Assembly: GCA_964016885.1 (NCBI GenBank)
Contig: OZ024740.1
Span: 63,178,001 to 63,242,000, forward strand
Direction: 5' to 3'
DNA: 64,000 bases
Source of the DNA: Eledone cirrhosa
Lineage: Eukaryota
Shown: positions 41,007 to 55,540 of the stretch, in pieces
Numbering within the stretch: the first letter of the stretch is position 1
Layout of the letters: every line of letters starts with the position of its first letter
Position numbers and translations under genes: made by a program
Notes under the pieces: generated by a model
The model's input: only the letters and a program-made list of their open reading frames with translations
The model's database searches: none
Told to the model about the DNA's origin: nothing

Positions 41007-43424
41007 CAGTAGAAAGAATCATAAGAGCGGTTAACTTCTGATAAAGAGACAATAACCTCCGATATGCATACAGCTAATTTGTGTTGTTCTCTGTACAGAA
41101 AAAAACAATAGATTTGGAACGTTTGGAGAAAGTAAGATTAAAACTGCTTTACTCTCCACAGAGCAATTCCCTCACGGTAAAATTGACCAAACGCTTTATT
41201 CTTATTAACGTAGCAATTTATAAAAGAATATTACTTCTTTAATCTCCAAATTTGACCTTCTTTGCCAAAGAGAATATAGCCAAACACTTCATAAATGATA
41301 TATTTAAATTTATATTTATCATTTATTATTATCATTATTATTTTATTTTTTTTATTAGAAGCTATTGTTTCATTATATTGCTATGTTATACATATATACG
41401 TTCACTTAATTTTATCTTTTCTTAAATTCTGAATTTAATTGCAAATTTAGAGCCGCAAACAACAAACTCTCTTGAAACACTATGGTATTTATTTGAAGTA
41501 TTACAGATTACTACATTTCCCTACCATACTGGAATCATACACTCTCTCTTTCTTTTTCTTTCTCTCTCTCTCTCTTCTCTCTCTCTCAATCTCTCTCAAT
41601 CTCTCTCCCTCTCTCAATCTTTCTCTCTCTCAGACTTTCTCTCTATCTCACACACAGATAAATGCATAAAACACATATATAAAGAGAATAGTTATATCTA
41701 CGTGTGTGTGTATGTATACAGAGTTGCTTCGTTCTTTGTGGACATTTAGTAAAAGACGCATAAGTCATGAAAGATGCGCTCATTCTCTTTCGACTACGCC
41801 CCATGCGTAGTAGTCCAACGGATTCGGGTATGGAGAACTAGGAAACTATATGTTTGAGGTGGCCTGATCGTGGAGATTGTAACTCATCCATTCTTGGATC
41901 ATCTTGGCCTTATGAGATAACAGATTCTAGTTGGTAAGTGTATGGTCTTCCTTTACACACGCTCTCTATCCCAGTTCTCACAATCCGATCCGACCTCTCC
42001 TTATAGTCAACAGCATTGACACTTAAGCACTAAGGAGTGAAGTGAGAAGTCATGATATCTCCCTCATTGTGCACGACTCCCAAAACCATCACATTGTGTG
42101 CATGACCATTGGAACGTCTTTAGGGAATCTGTATAACCATCTGTTATTCTTTCAGTTGACCTTTAGATTCTGATCAAAGTTTTTCTCATCAGAGAGAAAC
42201 CAAAGTGTTCCAGGCTCTTGATGTTACAACTTGCTTTGCAATCACTCTGCGTGGATCTTTCTTAAACACTCTTTACCCCCACCCCCAAAATAAACAACAG
42301 CACCCAATCAATTATCTTGCTGTCACTATTCACCATTTTCTGTGTATATATGTATATATGTGTATATGCGTATATATATGTACGTGTGTATATGTGTATG
42401 CTTTAATTCTTTTAAATCTTCATCAACACTCTTTCACTCCCACACTCATTAACACCCCCACCCACCCCCCAGACACATCCTGATCTCAGTTTGACAATCG
42501 CCACCGACGAATGCGAGAAAGTTTTCCAGGAAAGTTAACCAGGAATCTTTAAAAATCTTCCCACCGAAGTTAACAAAGAACTTACTAGATCTACCCACTC
42601 ATAATATTGTAATATTATAAAATTAAATCAAATTGTTTAGAACTACAAGTGAAGTCATTCTTTTCCTTTTTTCAAATATACCTGACTGTACCAAGTATTT
42701 CACACATTTTCAAATATATATATATATATATAGGTAGAACAATAAAAATAATCAGAAACTATTTGTTGCTAATGATGAATGGTGAGATGGACGTATTTTG
42801 TTGAGGCTAATGATATGGAGTTACATGACTGCTATCGAGTAGGCAATATATCGATATTAGATATTATCATGGTTCATTTCACCCATTGAAACGATCGTAA
42901 AATAATGAAGTAATCAAGCACAGAACCTCATCTTTTTCGTTTTCATTGTTCGCTCTATATATCCACCCTATATATCTTTGAATACTCAACGTCATATAAA
43001 AAGATAACATTCTTCCACAAAATTAGATTTCACCTTGCTTCGATGAGATATTAATATCCACACTACCGTAAGTTCTAACAGCCGTATAAGTCCTAACTTA
43101 ATTACGTTGAATATTAGTGAATATCTATGTATCTATCAACCTATCTCACTGTTTACCACTCTACATACATACCTATATACTTATCTGCCTATTGAAATAT
43201 AGTTTGATACCAAACCACTCGACAATACAAAATTGTTTTAAAGAGCCATTGTAATTTAGTGGATTCATGTTTGATAATGAACACACGTAAGAAAATTATT
43301 GCAATTGATTTAAATGAATAAAAAATTGAATAAAGCAATCTCCTATATATAGGTCTCAAAATATCTTTACTTAGAATTTTTATTAAAAACACCGTAACTT
43401 TTTACGGTTACTATACTAATTCCC

Positions 43425-43503
<79 letters not shown>

Positions 43504-43544
43504 CCACCCCTCTCTCTCTTTCTCATATATATATATAGTAAAGG

Positions 43545-43905
43545 AGAAAAAAAAAACAGTAGAAAATGCTAAAAGGATTTTCTCTCAGAATAACATCAAA
43601 ACATTTATTTACAAAATAGGAATTTCCGCAATTAATTGCATATTAATAATAATAATAATAGGGGGGGGGGGGGTTTACATACATATTTAGGGAGAAAAAT
43701 TCACATTTTTGTCTGTAGTTTTCCTTCTTTCTCTCTTAGTGCTGACCTTAGCCCTACCAACAGTGGTGGTAGCAGGGTAGAATTAGTTCTGAAACCGGTA
43801 CAATTAAATGCGGAAATTCCTATTTTGTAAACAAATGTTTTGATGCTATTCTGAGAGAAAATCCCTTTAGCATTTTCTACGGATTTTTTTTTTTTTTACT
43901 ATTTT
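43545..43905. repeat. Inverted repeat between TA tracts with a decayed HHR half (GAAACCGGTA at 43791)
   Basis: 43555-43640 is the reverse complement of 43800-43885. Confidence 0.75.
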
Positions 43906-43941
43906 TTATATATATCAACTTGTGTGTCACTTCTCTACATT

Positions 43942-44016
<75 letters not shown>

Positions 44017-44129
44017 ACACAAATTTAAATAATTTTGAAAATCATACAATGCACTAGAAAATTATAAAATTATATATATATATATATGAATGAAGAATGG
44101 CGTGCTGCGTTGTTGCGAACATGAAGATA

Positions 44130-44262
44130 TGAATAAAAATAGACCAAGATATAAAATGTCCTCATCAGTAGTCTACTGATTATCGTTGGTATTTCGACTT
44201 AATGCGTCGAAATACCAACGATAATCATCAGACTACTGATGAGGACATTTTATCTCTTGGTC

Positions 44263-44275
<13 letters not shown>
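44130..44275. repeat. Near-perfect ~70-bp-arm hairpin abutting (TA)n
   Basis: Loop ttaatgc near 44200. The arms contain GTCGAAA and CTGATGAG. Confidence 0.9.
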
Positions 44276-44340
<65 letters not shown>

Positions 44341-44547
44341 CAAGTATTGCACCAAGAAAAATATAAAAATATAAAATATAAATATCGGGGAGAGTGTAGA
44401 TTAGGAATTTCTTTGCTTTAACATATGTTTGTGTCTATCATAATTGTCTACATTTGCTTACTGCAATATATATTGTTTAATCATATGCAATACTTAATTA
44501 TTTATTACATTTGATCAGAAAACCTATAATTGCGGTAGAATATATAT

Positions 44548-45535
44548 AAACAAAGAGGGTGTGGTAAGATACCAGGTGGACCATAATGCAACAGAGTACT
44601 CGATACTTGAGGTAGTAGAGTGGGTAATGTGAAAAGATTCAGGACCTCGACGGCTGAGCTCCGGCCATTTCGACAGTTAGATCCGAACTAAGCCACCAGT
44701 ATTAGAACGACGGGAATCTGGGTGAATTTATCAAGCGGTACAGTCTAATGTTTGCTGATAGCTCTGAAATACATGTTAAATTGACATTTTCAGGCTTTTT
44801 GAGGAATTTACTTTGCTACAGAATCTTGGCAAATTTATAACAGTACTAGAGAAAAGATGATGAGTATTATCTTTAAGATTAAGATTAAGAGGGAGTGTTT
44901 GAATATAAAAGAAAATAACAAGAAAATTAGTGTATCAGACGAACCTCATAGGCGTCAGAGTACTTGATAACAAGATTTCTTTATCAGGAGCTGAATTAGT
45001 AATAAAATATAAATGCTTGGCTTTTTAGCTAAGTTTTAGATAAGTCAAACTTAACATAAACCCTCTATGCTACACTCTTTGACTTATACACGCCGATAAT
45101 ATATTTTTTCTCTCGTTTGTTTTGAATTGAAGTTTACCGTTTCTACCGATTATAGATAGTAGTGTAGGATAAAATATCTCTTAATGCCATGCGTGCACGC
45201 CTGACTGACTTGGCACCCTCAGGTCAGTTCATCTTCTCACCACTTCCCCCTTGTATTTCCGTCTGTTTAACCCCCCGCTGCCATGAAGGTTATAAACTAT
45301 GCACACGACATTCCAGATCACTGACTACTCCCCGTGACAGGCAAGAAAGACAACAAACTTTTAAGATTTTTTGTTTAGATTCTTTTACTTTTTTGCCTTA
45401 ACTGCATGCCCATATATGGACTGTACCCCTTGATAAGTTCAGCTAGATTTCCGCCGTTCTAATACTGGTGGATTAGTTCGGATCAAGCTGCCGAAACGAC
45501 CGGAGCTCAGCCGTCGAGGTCCTAAATCTTTTCAT
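44548..45535. mobile_element. Head-to-head family G element with U3-A8 HHRs at 44644-44739 (-) and 45425-45520 (+)
   Basis: Both copies retain TTGATAA, GAAA and the near-palindromic stem III ..GAGCTCAGCCG-TC-GAGGT. Confidence 0.75.
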
Positions 45536-45578
45536 ATATATATAGAGATATATATAGATAGATAGATAGAGTGATATA

Positions 45579-45700
45579 CCGTATATGCCGGCGTACAAGT
45601 CGATCCGGCGTATGGGTCGACGCCTAAAATTCTGAGCTGTAATTCAGATTTAGGCCTATATCCGCCGGATAAAACGAGTTGTATGCTAATATAGGTATAT
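45579..45700 (+). mobile_element. pogo/Tigger-like terminal fragment
   Basis: TA|CCGTATATGCCGGCGTACAAGTCG resembles Tigger TIRs. Confidence 0.45.
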
Positions 45701-45759
45701 ATTAGCATACAACTTTTAAATCCATATCTAAAGACTTTTAAATTTGTATTCGTAAATAT

Positions 45760-46421
<662 letters not shown>

Positions 46422-46948
46422 AGAATACGATAAGTGCAACGAATGCTACACCCAAATCACGATTCGACTCCCGACATCTGAATGAAATAACAAGTTACCA
46501 TGAACTCCTTATTGTTTCGGAAACGCATCCTTAACTGCAGACATGAGTCTAACCACCACCATACGGGCCACGTAACGTAATATAGGCACTCTGTGGATTA
46601 AGTGGATTCTGTGGATTCATAAAACAACTGGTACTGTTCTTTAATTATAGACTGCAACGGATCGAGGTCAAATGGCTAATTTGAACCGGCCTCCTAATGT
46701 GTTAATACATTTTGAACTGCTTCAAAATGTATTAACATATTTTGAACTGCTTAACTTCAATGACTGTGCTTGTAAATAACATTATTTTTTTCTTCCACAT
46801 TGACTTTTTACGTTCCACATTATGCGGGGTTTTTGGGGTTTTTTTCCTTTTTATTTTTTATTTTAACTTCTTAAACCTTGTTTGTATATAACATTATTCT
46901 TTCTGCATCTTCTGTTTAACATGTGCGACACCACACTAATACATTTCA

Positions 46949-46990
46949 CTATCATTTGATAATGCATATAAATGCTGAAACCGGTAATAG
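46949..46990 (+). ncRNA. Minimal hammerhead with U3-A8 core (family L)
   Basis: CTatcAT-TTGATAA-tGCAT ataa ATGCt-GAAA-CCGG-TA-ATAG. Confidence 0.65.
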
Positions 46991-47180
46991 ACAATAATTA
47001 AATATATAAATAGATAAATAAATACCATTGTTAAATAATAAATAAATCAACTAATACCTTAACACTTCACACAAAGTAAAACATTTCGTTTTAATCATTT
47101 TCTAACCCAGAAAAAAGAGAGAGAGAAACAAAAAAGAAAAAACATTTTTTTCTTCCTCATAATCGTCTCTTTCTCCCTGT

Positions 47181-47268
<88 letters not shown>

Positions 47269-47354
47269 TTACACATACATATGAACTACTGACCAAATAA
47301 TGTTTGGTATCAATGGGTTAAAGACATCTGTCGAAACAATTAGTGGTGAAGGTG

Positions 47355-47412
<58 letters not shown>

Positions 47413-47448
47413 ATATATATATACACACACACACATATATAAATATAT

Positions 47449-47960
47449 GTCAGTTAAGCCTGACATGCATAGACGGTTGTCCCCCTTCCTTCTGTTGGAC
47501 ATCACCAGAGGGCGTTCGCCCCCCGGTGTTTGCATAGCTACGGCTTCCTAACACCGTATTTCTTTGGAGATACGTAATATTTATACATATTGTATAAAGC
47601 TATACTTGAGGCGAAATCCTATTTCTTTTCTATTATAAGTTGAGCCACCCTATGCAGCTTCATATGCAAATGAGATTAATCACCTCATTTACACAGACGA
47701 GAAAACTATATATTCTCGCCTGTCTTCTAGTCCAGCAGTCGCAAGCGGTGGAAGGGACCGTCCTGACGAAGGCCAGTTAAGCCTGAACTGCATAGACGGT
47801 TGTCCCCCTTGCTTCTGCTAGATGTCACCAGAGGGCGTTAGCCCCCCCCCCCCCCCCCCCCGGTGTTTGCATAGCTACGGCTTTCTAAAACCGTATTTCT
47901 TTGGAGATACGAAATATTTATACATATTGTATAAAGCTATGCTTGAAGCAAAATACTATT

Positions 47961-47965
<5 letters not shown>
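47449..47965 (+). mobile_element. 323-nt tandem HHR unit (family K) between TA tracts
   Basis: cagttaagcctg at 47451 and 47774. Octamer at 47664. Confidence 0.85.
47757..47800 (+). ncRNA. Hammerhead ribozyme (family K)
   Basis: ACCGTC-CTGACGA-AGGC cagttaa GCCT-GAAC-TGCA-TA-GACGGT. The partial copy has GACA, so the consensus is GAAA. Confidence 0.8.
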
Positions 47966-48021
<56 letters not shown>

Positions 48022-48983
48022 GCCAATCATTATAAGTTCGAATCTGACATGCAAAAACATATATATATGAATAAAGTAAGCCCAAATCACCGTCGATTCA
48101 AATATCACAGAGAGAAATAGAGAGAGAAAGGGGGAAGTAATGAGGTGCAACAGAAATGAAACATGGATTACAGGTTAAAAAATAGACTAGATAGATGAGA
48201 AACAAAACGAGGATGTAGTTTATGGGGCACCCAAATGATTTAGAAGTCGACCTTAAGTAGGAGCAATAACATTAAGAAAGACATGAACGACATAAAATCA
48301 TTTTGTATTGAACATTTTGAAAGTAGGTTTATAAGTATGAATTTTCAGTTGCTTTTTGTAGCTAGCAGTAGGTACAAGAGACAGCGGAGATCCTGGTTTT
48401 GGTTCAATCTTGGTCTCTTTCAGTTTTTATTTTACATCCAATAGAAAATAACTGAAATGCTTTACCGGGAACCGACCAGGACCGGACTTCAGACCAGGAT
48501 CACCACCGTCTACAATAATTTAGTTTGATTATTTTAACAAACAATTAATATATATATATAAATAAAGATTTACATCTACACAAACTAGACAAAGTCATAG
48601 ATATATATATATATATGTTTTTAGCAACCATTCACGATGTGACTCAATGACGAATTAATTAATTAAATCATTAACAATCAGAGCAATATACAATAAAGTA
48701 TGTCCATAGAATCATTTGATAAAATATATAGACCATCTCCTCTCCCAATCACCATAATCAACCACACAAAAAACAATTAAACCAGGCTATAAGATTAAAA
48801 GGCACCTATGAAGAAATAATATATAAATAAACGACAGCCATCTATTCGCGATCAACAGCTATAGAATATTTACCCAGCATGTCAATAGCACGTGGAAATC
48901 GATTAAATATATCGTCAACCATACACAATTAGGTATAAAATCAAAGTTAGAAGAAAAAATGTATATAAACATACCAAGATTAC

Positions 48984-49065
48984 GTTTCTACCCCAAGGGG
49001 TTTCATTCGCTTTTGGAAATATCCAATCAAGGATAAATTCACGAGCTTCGAAATCATCAGGAAAC
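48984..49065 (-). ncRNA. Type I hammerhead ribozyme (family M)
   Basis: GTTTC-CTGATGA-tTTCG...CGAAt-GAAA-CCCCTTGGGG-TA-GAAAC. Confidence 0.85.
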
Positions 49066-49240
49066 TAACTCAATGCAATTTAGGCAATATTAGGCTGCGC
49101 TTTCTAGCAACCAGCCCACTCGCCGTAAGGCACCAATCACATTCTTTCTGACTTGACCACTGTCACGTCACAGTTCTTAGCCATTTTGAATTCGTTTCTG
49201 GCGGGGATCATTTAAGAAAAATCTTCGTCCAAGAGAGTTT

Positions 49241-49322
49241 GTTTCCTGATGATTTCGAAGCTCGTGAATTTATCCTTGATCGGGTATTTCCAAAAGCGAA
49301 TGAAACCCCTTGGGGTAGAAAC
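49241..49322 (+). ncRNA. Type I hammerhead ribozyme (family M)
   Basis: CTGATGA at 49246, GAAA at 49302, GTA at 49315. Stem I extends through CCAAGA/TCTTGG beyond an internal loop. Confidence 0.88.
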
Positions 49323-49956
49323 GTAATCTTGGTATGTTTATATACATTTTTTCTTCTAACTTTGATTTTATACCTAATTGTGTATGGTTGACGATATATT
49401 TAATCGATTTCCACGTGCTATTGAAATGCTGGGTAAATACTCTATAGCTATTGATCGCGAATAGATGGCTGTCGTTTATTTATCTATTATTTCTTCATAG
49501 GTGCCCTTTAATCTTATAGCCTGGTTTTTTTGTGGTTGATTGTGCTGATTGGGAGAGGAGATGGTGTATACATTTTATCAAATGATTCTATGGACATATT
49601 TTATTGTATATATATATATATATATAGTGGTGGACTGGCCTCGATTGAGGTTGCCCAATGGCATGGGGGCCCCAGCGGACCGACGGTAACATTGCAGAGG
49701 ACCACAGTAGCCTTTCAGGGCCCACTGTAGTATTTTAGAGGCGAATGGTTACCTTTCAAAAAGTAGCTGAAGTCTAAAAGAAAGAATAATAAAAAAAAAA
49801 AAAAAAAAAAACATTTAAGCAAAGCATTTGGTCAACCTATTCCCCAATGAATTAATAGAAACCAAAGTATATGATAGTGCAAATAACTGGAATCAGTGAT
49901 TGTACATTCTACTAAATCTAAAGCTGTAGTATCTTAGTGTATACATTAATGCATGC

Positions 49957-50081
<125 letters not shown>

Positions 50082-50083
50082 TC

Positions 50084-50137
<54 letters not shown>

Positions 50138-50255
50138 AGGGAGTGTAACTTAGAGTTACGGTAGGTTCATCCGGGTGAGCACTCGATGTTTAGGCTCACT
50201 TCAGCGTCGAGGTGTAGAGCTATACAGAGTGTATTATAGTGAAAAGATAACAAGG

Positions 50256-50366
<111 letters not shown>

Positions 50367-50604
50367 AATACATACACATACGCACGAACTACTGACCAAA
50401 TAATGTTTGGTATCAATGGGTTTAAGACATTAGTGTCTGCAGTTCTGTTTACATGTCAACACAAGAGCAAGAATGAAGGATTCATTCTTATGACATGGCT
50501 TTAAAAATGAGGCTTGTCTGCATAATTGCAAACAAATCGAATGTTATCATTAATATTCGAAAAACTCAGATTACATTTATTGTATTCAGCCATGTAGAGC
50601 GAAA

Positions 50605-50653
<49 letters not shown>

Positions 50654-50949
50654 GGTTCTAAACCCCATTATCAGGCTAAAATTCCTTTAGTCAAAAATAC
50701 GGTGAAAGCTATTCTATTTTCTAATTTCAAACCTGCTCACTGTTTCAAAACATACTTACTTGCCATATATATATATATATATAAAGGATACCAAAATATC
50801 GTTATAGGTAATCCAATTAGAGGTTGTGAATACTTGTTATTATGGATATTTTTAGCGTACGGCGTGCTTGACTCAACAAGAGGTTTACGTAGATGACGAG
50901 TTTATGATTTCACATGTATTCCTATGTAAGTTTATCCTGGAGTAATAAA

Positions 50950-51370
50950 ATTGAAAAAGTGGAGAATAACATGGTCAACAGTACAAAAAGAGGGATTTAT
51001 TTGCAGTCTAACAATTGTTTCACTGATAGAGTTGTCTAAAAATTGCTGAACACTAAAAGCAGTGGCACTCAATTTTAAATACGATGTTATCTTCAGAAGC
51101 TGTTAAAAAATATATATATGTAACCGGCAAATTTACAAATATATTATTATTGATGATGTAATTTGAATTTGTGAATTTGCTGGTTACATATATATTTTTT
51201 TTAACAGTTTCTGAAGATCTAATAGAGTTAACATCGTATTTAAAATTGAGTGGCACTGCTTTTAGTGTTCAGCAATTTTTAGACAACTCTATCAGTGAAA
51301 CAATAGTTAGACTGCAAATAAATCCCCTTTTTTGTACTGTTGACCATGTTATTCTCCACTTTTTCAGTTA
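50950..51370. mobile_element. Head-to-head inverted HHR units (family N): HHR at 51205-51314 (+) and a stem-II-deleted copy at 51004-51102 (-)
   Basis: CAGTTT-CTGAAGA-tCTaATAGAGTT...AACTCTATcAGt-GAAA-CAAT(A/T)G-TT-AGACTG. Confidence 0.85.
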
Positions 51371-51383
51371 TATATATATATAT

Positions 51384-51416
<33 letters not shown>

Positions 51417-51501
51417 AAAAGGTAAACAGAAATAACAACACAATCGGTACAGTATATGGAAGGGATATATTAGGTTAACGCTTGATATAGCAGGAAGAGT
51501 G

Positions 51502-51537
51502 TCTTAACGTTTCGGACGCTAGTCCTTCATCAGAAGA
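51502..51537 (-). ncRNA. Classic minimal PLE hammerhead (family O) in an inverted pLTR upstream of a PLE body
   Basis: TCTT-CTGATGA-A-GGAC tagc GTCC-GAAA-CG-TT-AAGA. Decayed homologue at 23141-23176 (+). pLTR-end fragments at about 11220-11305 and 61220-61253. Confidence 0.9.
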
Positions 51538-51577
51538 AATAATGAGAAATAAGATAGATTGGGGAGACGGGCGGGCT

Positions 51578-53010
51578 GGAATTTGAATCTCCCCAAAATA
51601 CACAAACAAAATAATCCCGGCCGTCCTATCGTTTCTGCGTGCAACTGCTCCACCGAGATAATTTCTGAATATTTAGACATCATCCTCACCCCGTTGGTCG
51701 GCAATCTCCCCTCCCACATCCACGATACCAATCATGCCCTTAGAATCTTCAACTCCTTCTCCTTCCCTCCTGGTCCCTTTCGCCTTCTCTTTACCCTGTC
51801 CTCTCTCTATACCGTCATCCCTCATGATGAAGGCCTCCGCGCTCTCCAACATTTTTTAGACTTACGCCCTACCTCTTACCCCAGCACTACTACACTTCTC
51901 GTCTGGCTGAGCTTGTTCTCACCCTCAATGGCTTTTCTTTTTCGGGTGAATTCTATCAGCAGGTCTCTGGGGTAGCGATGGGAACCAGGATGGGTCCAAA
52001 CTATGCCAACTTGTTGGTTGGCTACGTCGAAGCCCAAATCTTCTCCCAGTACGCTGGACCGACTCCCGAGCTATACGGTCGTTATATCGACGACTGTATC
52101 GGCGCCACCTCTCTATCACGAGAACAGCTCGACTGCTTTCTTTCTTTTGTCCAATCTTTCCATCCTGCTCTCAATTTCACCGCCTCCGTCACCTATACTT
52201 CTGTCGCTTTTCTAGATATCTCTCTATCTATTAATCTCTCACCACACCCTCTCTACTTCCATCTACATTAAACCAACAGACTCCAAATCTTATCTTGACT
52301 TCCCCTCCTCCCATCCAACCCACACCAAACACTCCATAGCCTATTCCCAATTCCTCCGTCTTCGTCGACTCTGTAGCCATAACGACGATTTCGAAACCCA
52401 TTCCCTTCGCATGGCTTTCTGCTTCATCCAGCGTGTATCTCCCCCCACCTTGATCCAAGCTGCTCTCACCCGCGCCCGTGAAACAGACCGCACCACAGCC
52501 CTCTCACCTCACCCCGCCCTCTTAACATCCGTATTCCTTTACCTCTCACCTACCATCCTATAACCCTACCACTCCGGCGACATATCCTCCGTTCCTTCTG
52601 TATCCTCTCTGACCCCGACACTTCTCACTTTTTTCCAAACCCACCCATTACTGATTTTAAGCGCGCCCGAAACCTCCGCGGCCTCCTGGTTCGCAGTTCT
52701 TTTTCGTCCTCTCCCACGACTCCACCCGGCTCTCATCCTTGTTCCCGTTCCCACTGCAACACTTCTCTTTATTTCCACCCTCACCACTCTTACAGGCCCT
52801 AACGGGTCTTTCCGTATCCACCATTCCTTCACCTTCACATCCACCCACGTTGTCTATGCCCTCCGGTGTTCCCTTTGCGGGTCTTTATATATCGGAAATC
52901 GGGACGCCGTATGGCGGACCGTTTTTCCGAACATTTGAGGGACATACGACTCGGTTTGGATACTCCTGTCGCCCGTCATTTCTGTTCTCCTGGTCATTCT
53001 TCCCTACATG
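51578..53010 (+). mobile_element. PLE RT + GIY-YIG body (Neptune-like), frameshifted
   Basis: LPKIHKQNNPGRPIVS; GVAMGTRMGP; RYIDD; FLD; KPTDS; VVYALRCSLCGSLYIG. Confidence 0.9.
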
Positions 53011-53216
53011 TTATATATAAGTATGTATAAACCCAAAGAGAAAATATTTATTATGACTACAGGCTAAAGGTTTAAGCCATGCATTCCTGCTTTCACCCTA
53101 AGTTGTTTCATCTGCGTTTTAGATAATCATGAAAACAGAAATGTATTGCTTCAATTTTTAATCTGTACTAATATTATGTGCATGTGTGTATATACATACA
53201 TAAATATATATATGTA

Positions 53217-54030
53217 TTAGTTCTATCGTTACTTTGGTATGTATTGTGTGTTAGTTTCGCCTAACACAATGTTCGATTTGTCAAGCTATTTAAACGTATG
53301 TTATTACTCTGAGGTCCTATCTTATCGAGTGCTTTGCTAACTCATCATTTCATATAAGTAGGCCGAATTTACTTGCAAACCGCCAGAGATTCGATTTTAC
53401 TGATTTCCAATTATATTATTCTCCTAGATTTAATAATTAACTAATTAATTTAATTAGATAATTCTGTTGATTGGTTAATTATTTGTGTTTGTCTTATAAC
53501 ATCTAGTCGAGAGCTTATCATGATGATTAACGGAAATTAAAATATTTCCTTTCGCTAGCATTTTGAATGACCCGCCTAAAACCGGGAGTTATTTCCCTTG
53601 CCGGAATTAACACGTGATAACTATAGATACGATTAGCAGCCATACCGAGATGCAACATATAATTTATCACTCCGGTCCTAGGCAGAACGAAAACCTGTTG
53701 ATAAACTGAATCCTCCGTTCGATCACCAATACCATGAGCTTGCCATTCACGTAAGTCTGATATTTGATTTCGGATTCAAAGAAACACTTTAAACGATTGT
53801 TCGTTTGATTTGTCCAGGTGTACTTTTCTCAACCTGATTAGTTCTATCGTTACTTTGGTATGTATTGTATGTTAGTTTCGCCTACCACAATGTTCGATTT
53901 GTCAAGCTATTTAAACGTATGTTATTACTCTGAGGTCCTATCTTATCGAGTGGTTTGCTAACTCATCATTTCATATAAGGAGGCCGAATTTACTTGCAAA
54001 CCGCCAGAGATTCGATTTTACTGATTTCCA

Positions 54031-54033
<3 letters not shown>
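53217..54033 (+). mobile_element. ~620-nt tandem HHR unit (family P) ending at (TA)n
   Basis: 53217-53412 repeats at 53838-54033. Confidence 0.85.
53693..53819 (+). ncRNA. Type I hammerhead with U3-A8 core and long stems II and III (family P)
   Basis: ACCTG-TTGATAA-acTGAATCC...GGATTCAaa-GAAA-CA..TAAACGA ttgt TCGTTTG..TG-TC-CAGGT. Confidence 0.78.
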
Positions 54034-54105
<72 letters not shown>

Positions 54106-54114
54106 GGGGGGGGG

Positions 54115-54305
54115 ATAAGAAATTGAGGGTTTTTTTAAATAAGAGAAACCAGATGCCCTACACGAGTGAAAGTATAAGGAAAAGAAATCGAAAATGCAAC
54201 TGGAGTCTTTTCAAGAATATTTATTTGTTTCCTTTATCGGTTTCACAGTTCTTGTGCTTTTCAAAGGTAGAATTGAAATGGAGGGTTTGTGGTTTTTCTC
54301 GCATC
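54115..54305 (-). mobile_element. Family H pLTR fragment with decayed U3-A8 HHR (54231-54267); another decayed copy at about 13960-14120
   Basis: Homologous to 29590-29805. Core TTGAAAA retained. Confidence 0.7.
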
Positions 54306-54364
54306 GACACACACACACACACACACACGCACACACACACGCACACACGCGCGCGCGCACACAC

Positions 54365-54503
<139 letters not shown>

Positions 54504-54559
54504 GCGAGTAAACAGAATCATTAGAGTATTGGAGAAAGATACAATACTATTATTATTGC

Positions 54560-55540
54560 CGGTGAATTGGCAGTATCAGTAGAGGGTTGGACATTATGCT
54601 TTCCAGCATAGTTACGTCCTTTTACGTTCTGAGTTCCAATCCCGTCGAGCTTAACTTTGCCTTTCATCCCTACGGGGTCGATAAAATAAAGTACCCGTAA
54701 TGTACTGGATAATTGCTAGCCCTGTGCCGAAATTAGAAACAATTATTATTTCGACTTTCTAAGTTTTCTATCGCGTCAAGATAAATTTAACCTTTCATCT
54801 TTACGCAATGTAAAGGGAAAATACTTTTCATCATGAAGGTCTTTTTTTTTAGGTATTACCTGGAGCAAAACATTCATAACAACTTTCTATTTATTAATTA
54901 TTGCAATTCTCTTTGATTTGATCATCATATAGCCTTGCCTATGAGAAATTTGCTAACTATATGGCTTATTTTCAATTCTGTCATTGAGAATTGATAAAAC
55001 TACACATCCTTCTTTCAATGTTATCACTACATAACCATAAAAATAATAATTGTTTCTACTTTTGGCACAAGGCCAGCAATTATCCCAGTGTATTACTGGT
55101 ACTTTATTTTATCGACCCCGTAAGGATGAAAGGCAAAGTTAACCTCGGCGGGATTTGAACTCAGAATGGCAAGGGCCATAACTCTATGCGTTAAAGCATG
55201 GTGTCCGACCCTCTACCGATACTGCCAATTCAATGATTTCTGATTTAGGCACAAGGCCAACATTTTGGGGGTAGAGGAAAGTCAATAAAATCGACCCCAG
55301 TGCTTTATTTCATCGACCCCGTAAGGATGAAAAGCAAAACTCATTTTGGTGGGATTTGAACTCAGAACATAAAGGGCCGTAACTCTAGGCCACAAAGCAT
55401 GTTCTCTAATACCCTACTGATACCGCCAATGCACTACACTGCCGATCCTGTCAATCCACTGCTCTTATAATTATAATAATTGTTTCTACTTTTGGCACAA
55501 GGCCAGCAATTACCCAGTACATTACTGGTGCTTTATTGGT
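54560..55540. mobile_element. Cluster of tRNA-SINE copies (54560-54750 +; 55045-55230, 55235-55430 and 55475-55537 -)
   Basis: Same family as 40410. Confidence 0.85.

Larger units (their letters stand above)
48685..49620. mobile_element. Head-to-head inverted HHR units (family M), arms about 380 nt
   Basis: 48685-49070 is the reverse complement of 49235-49610, with a ~165-nt spacer. Confidence 0.9.

Noticed and set aside
41035-41080. CTGATAA-AGAG..CTCC-GATA-TGCA-TA next to (TA)n
   Set aside because: It resembles a minimal HHR but has several core mismatches and an unpaired stem I.
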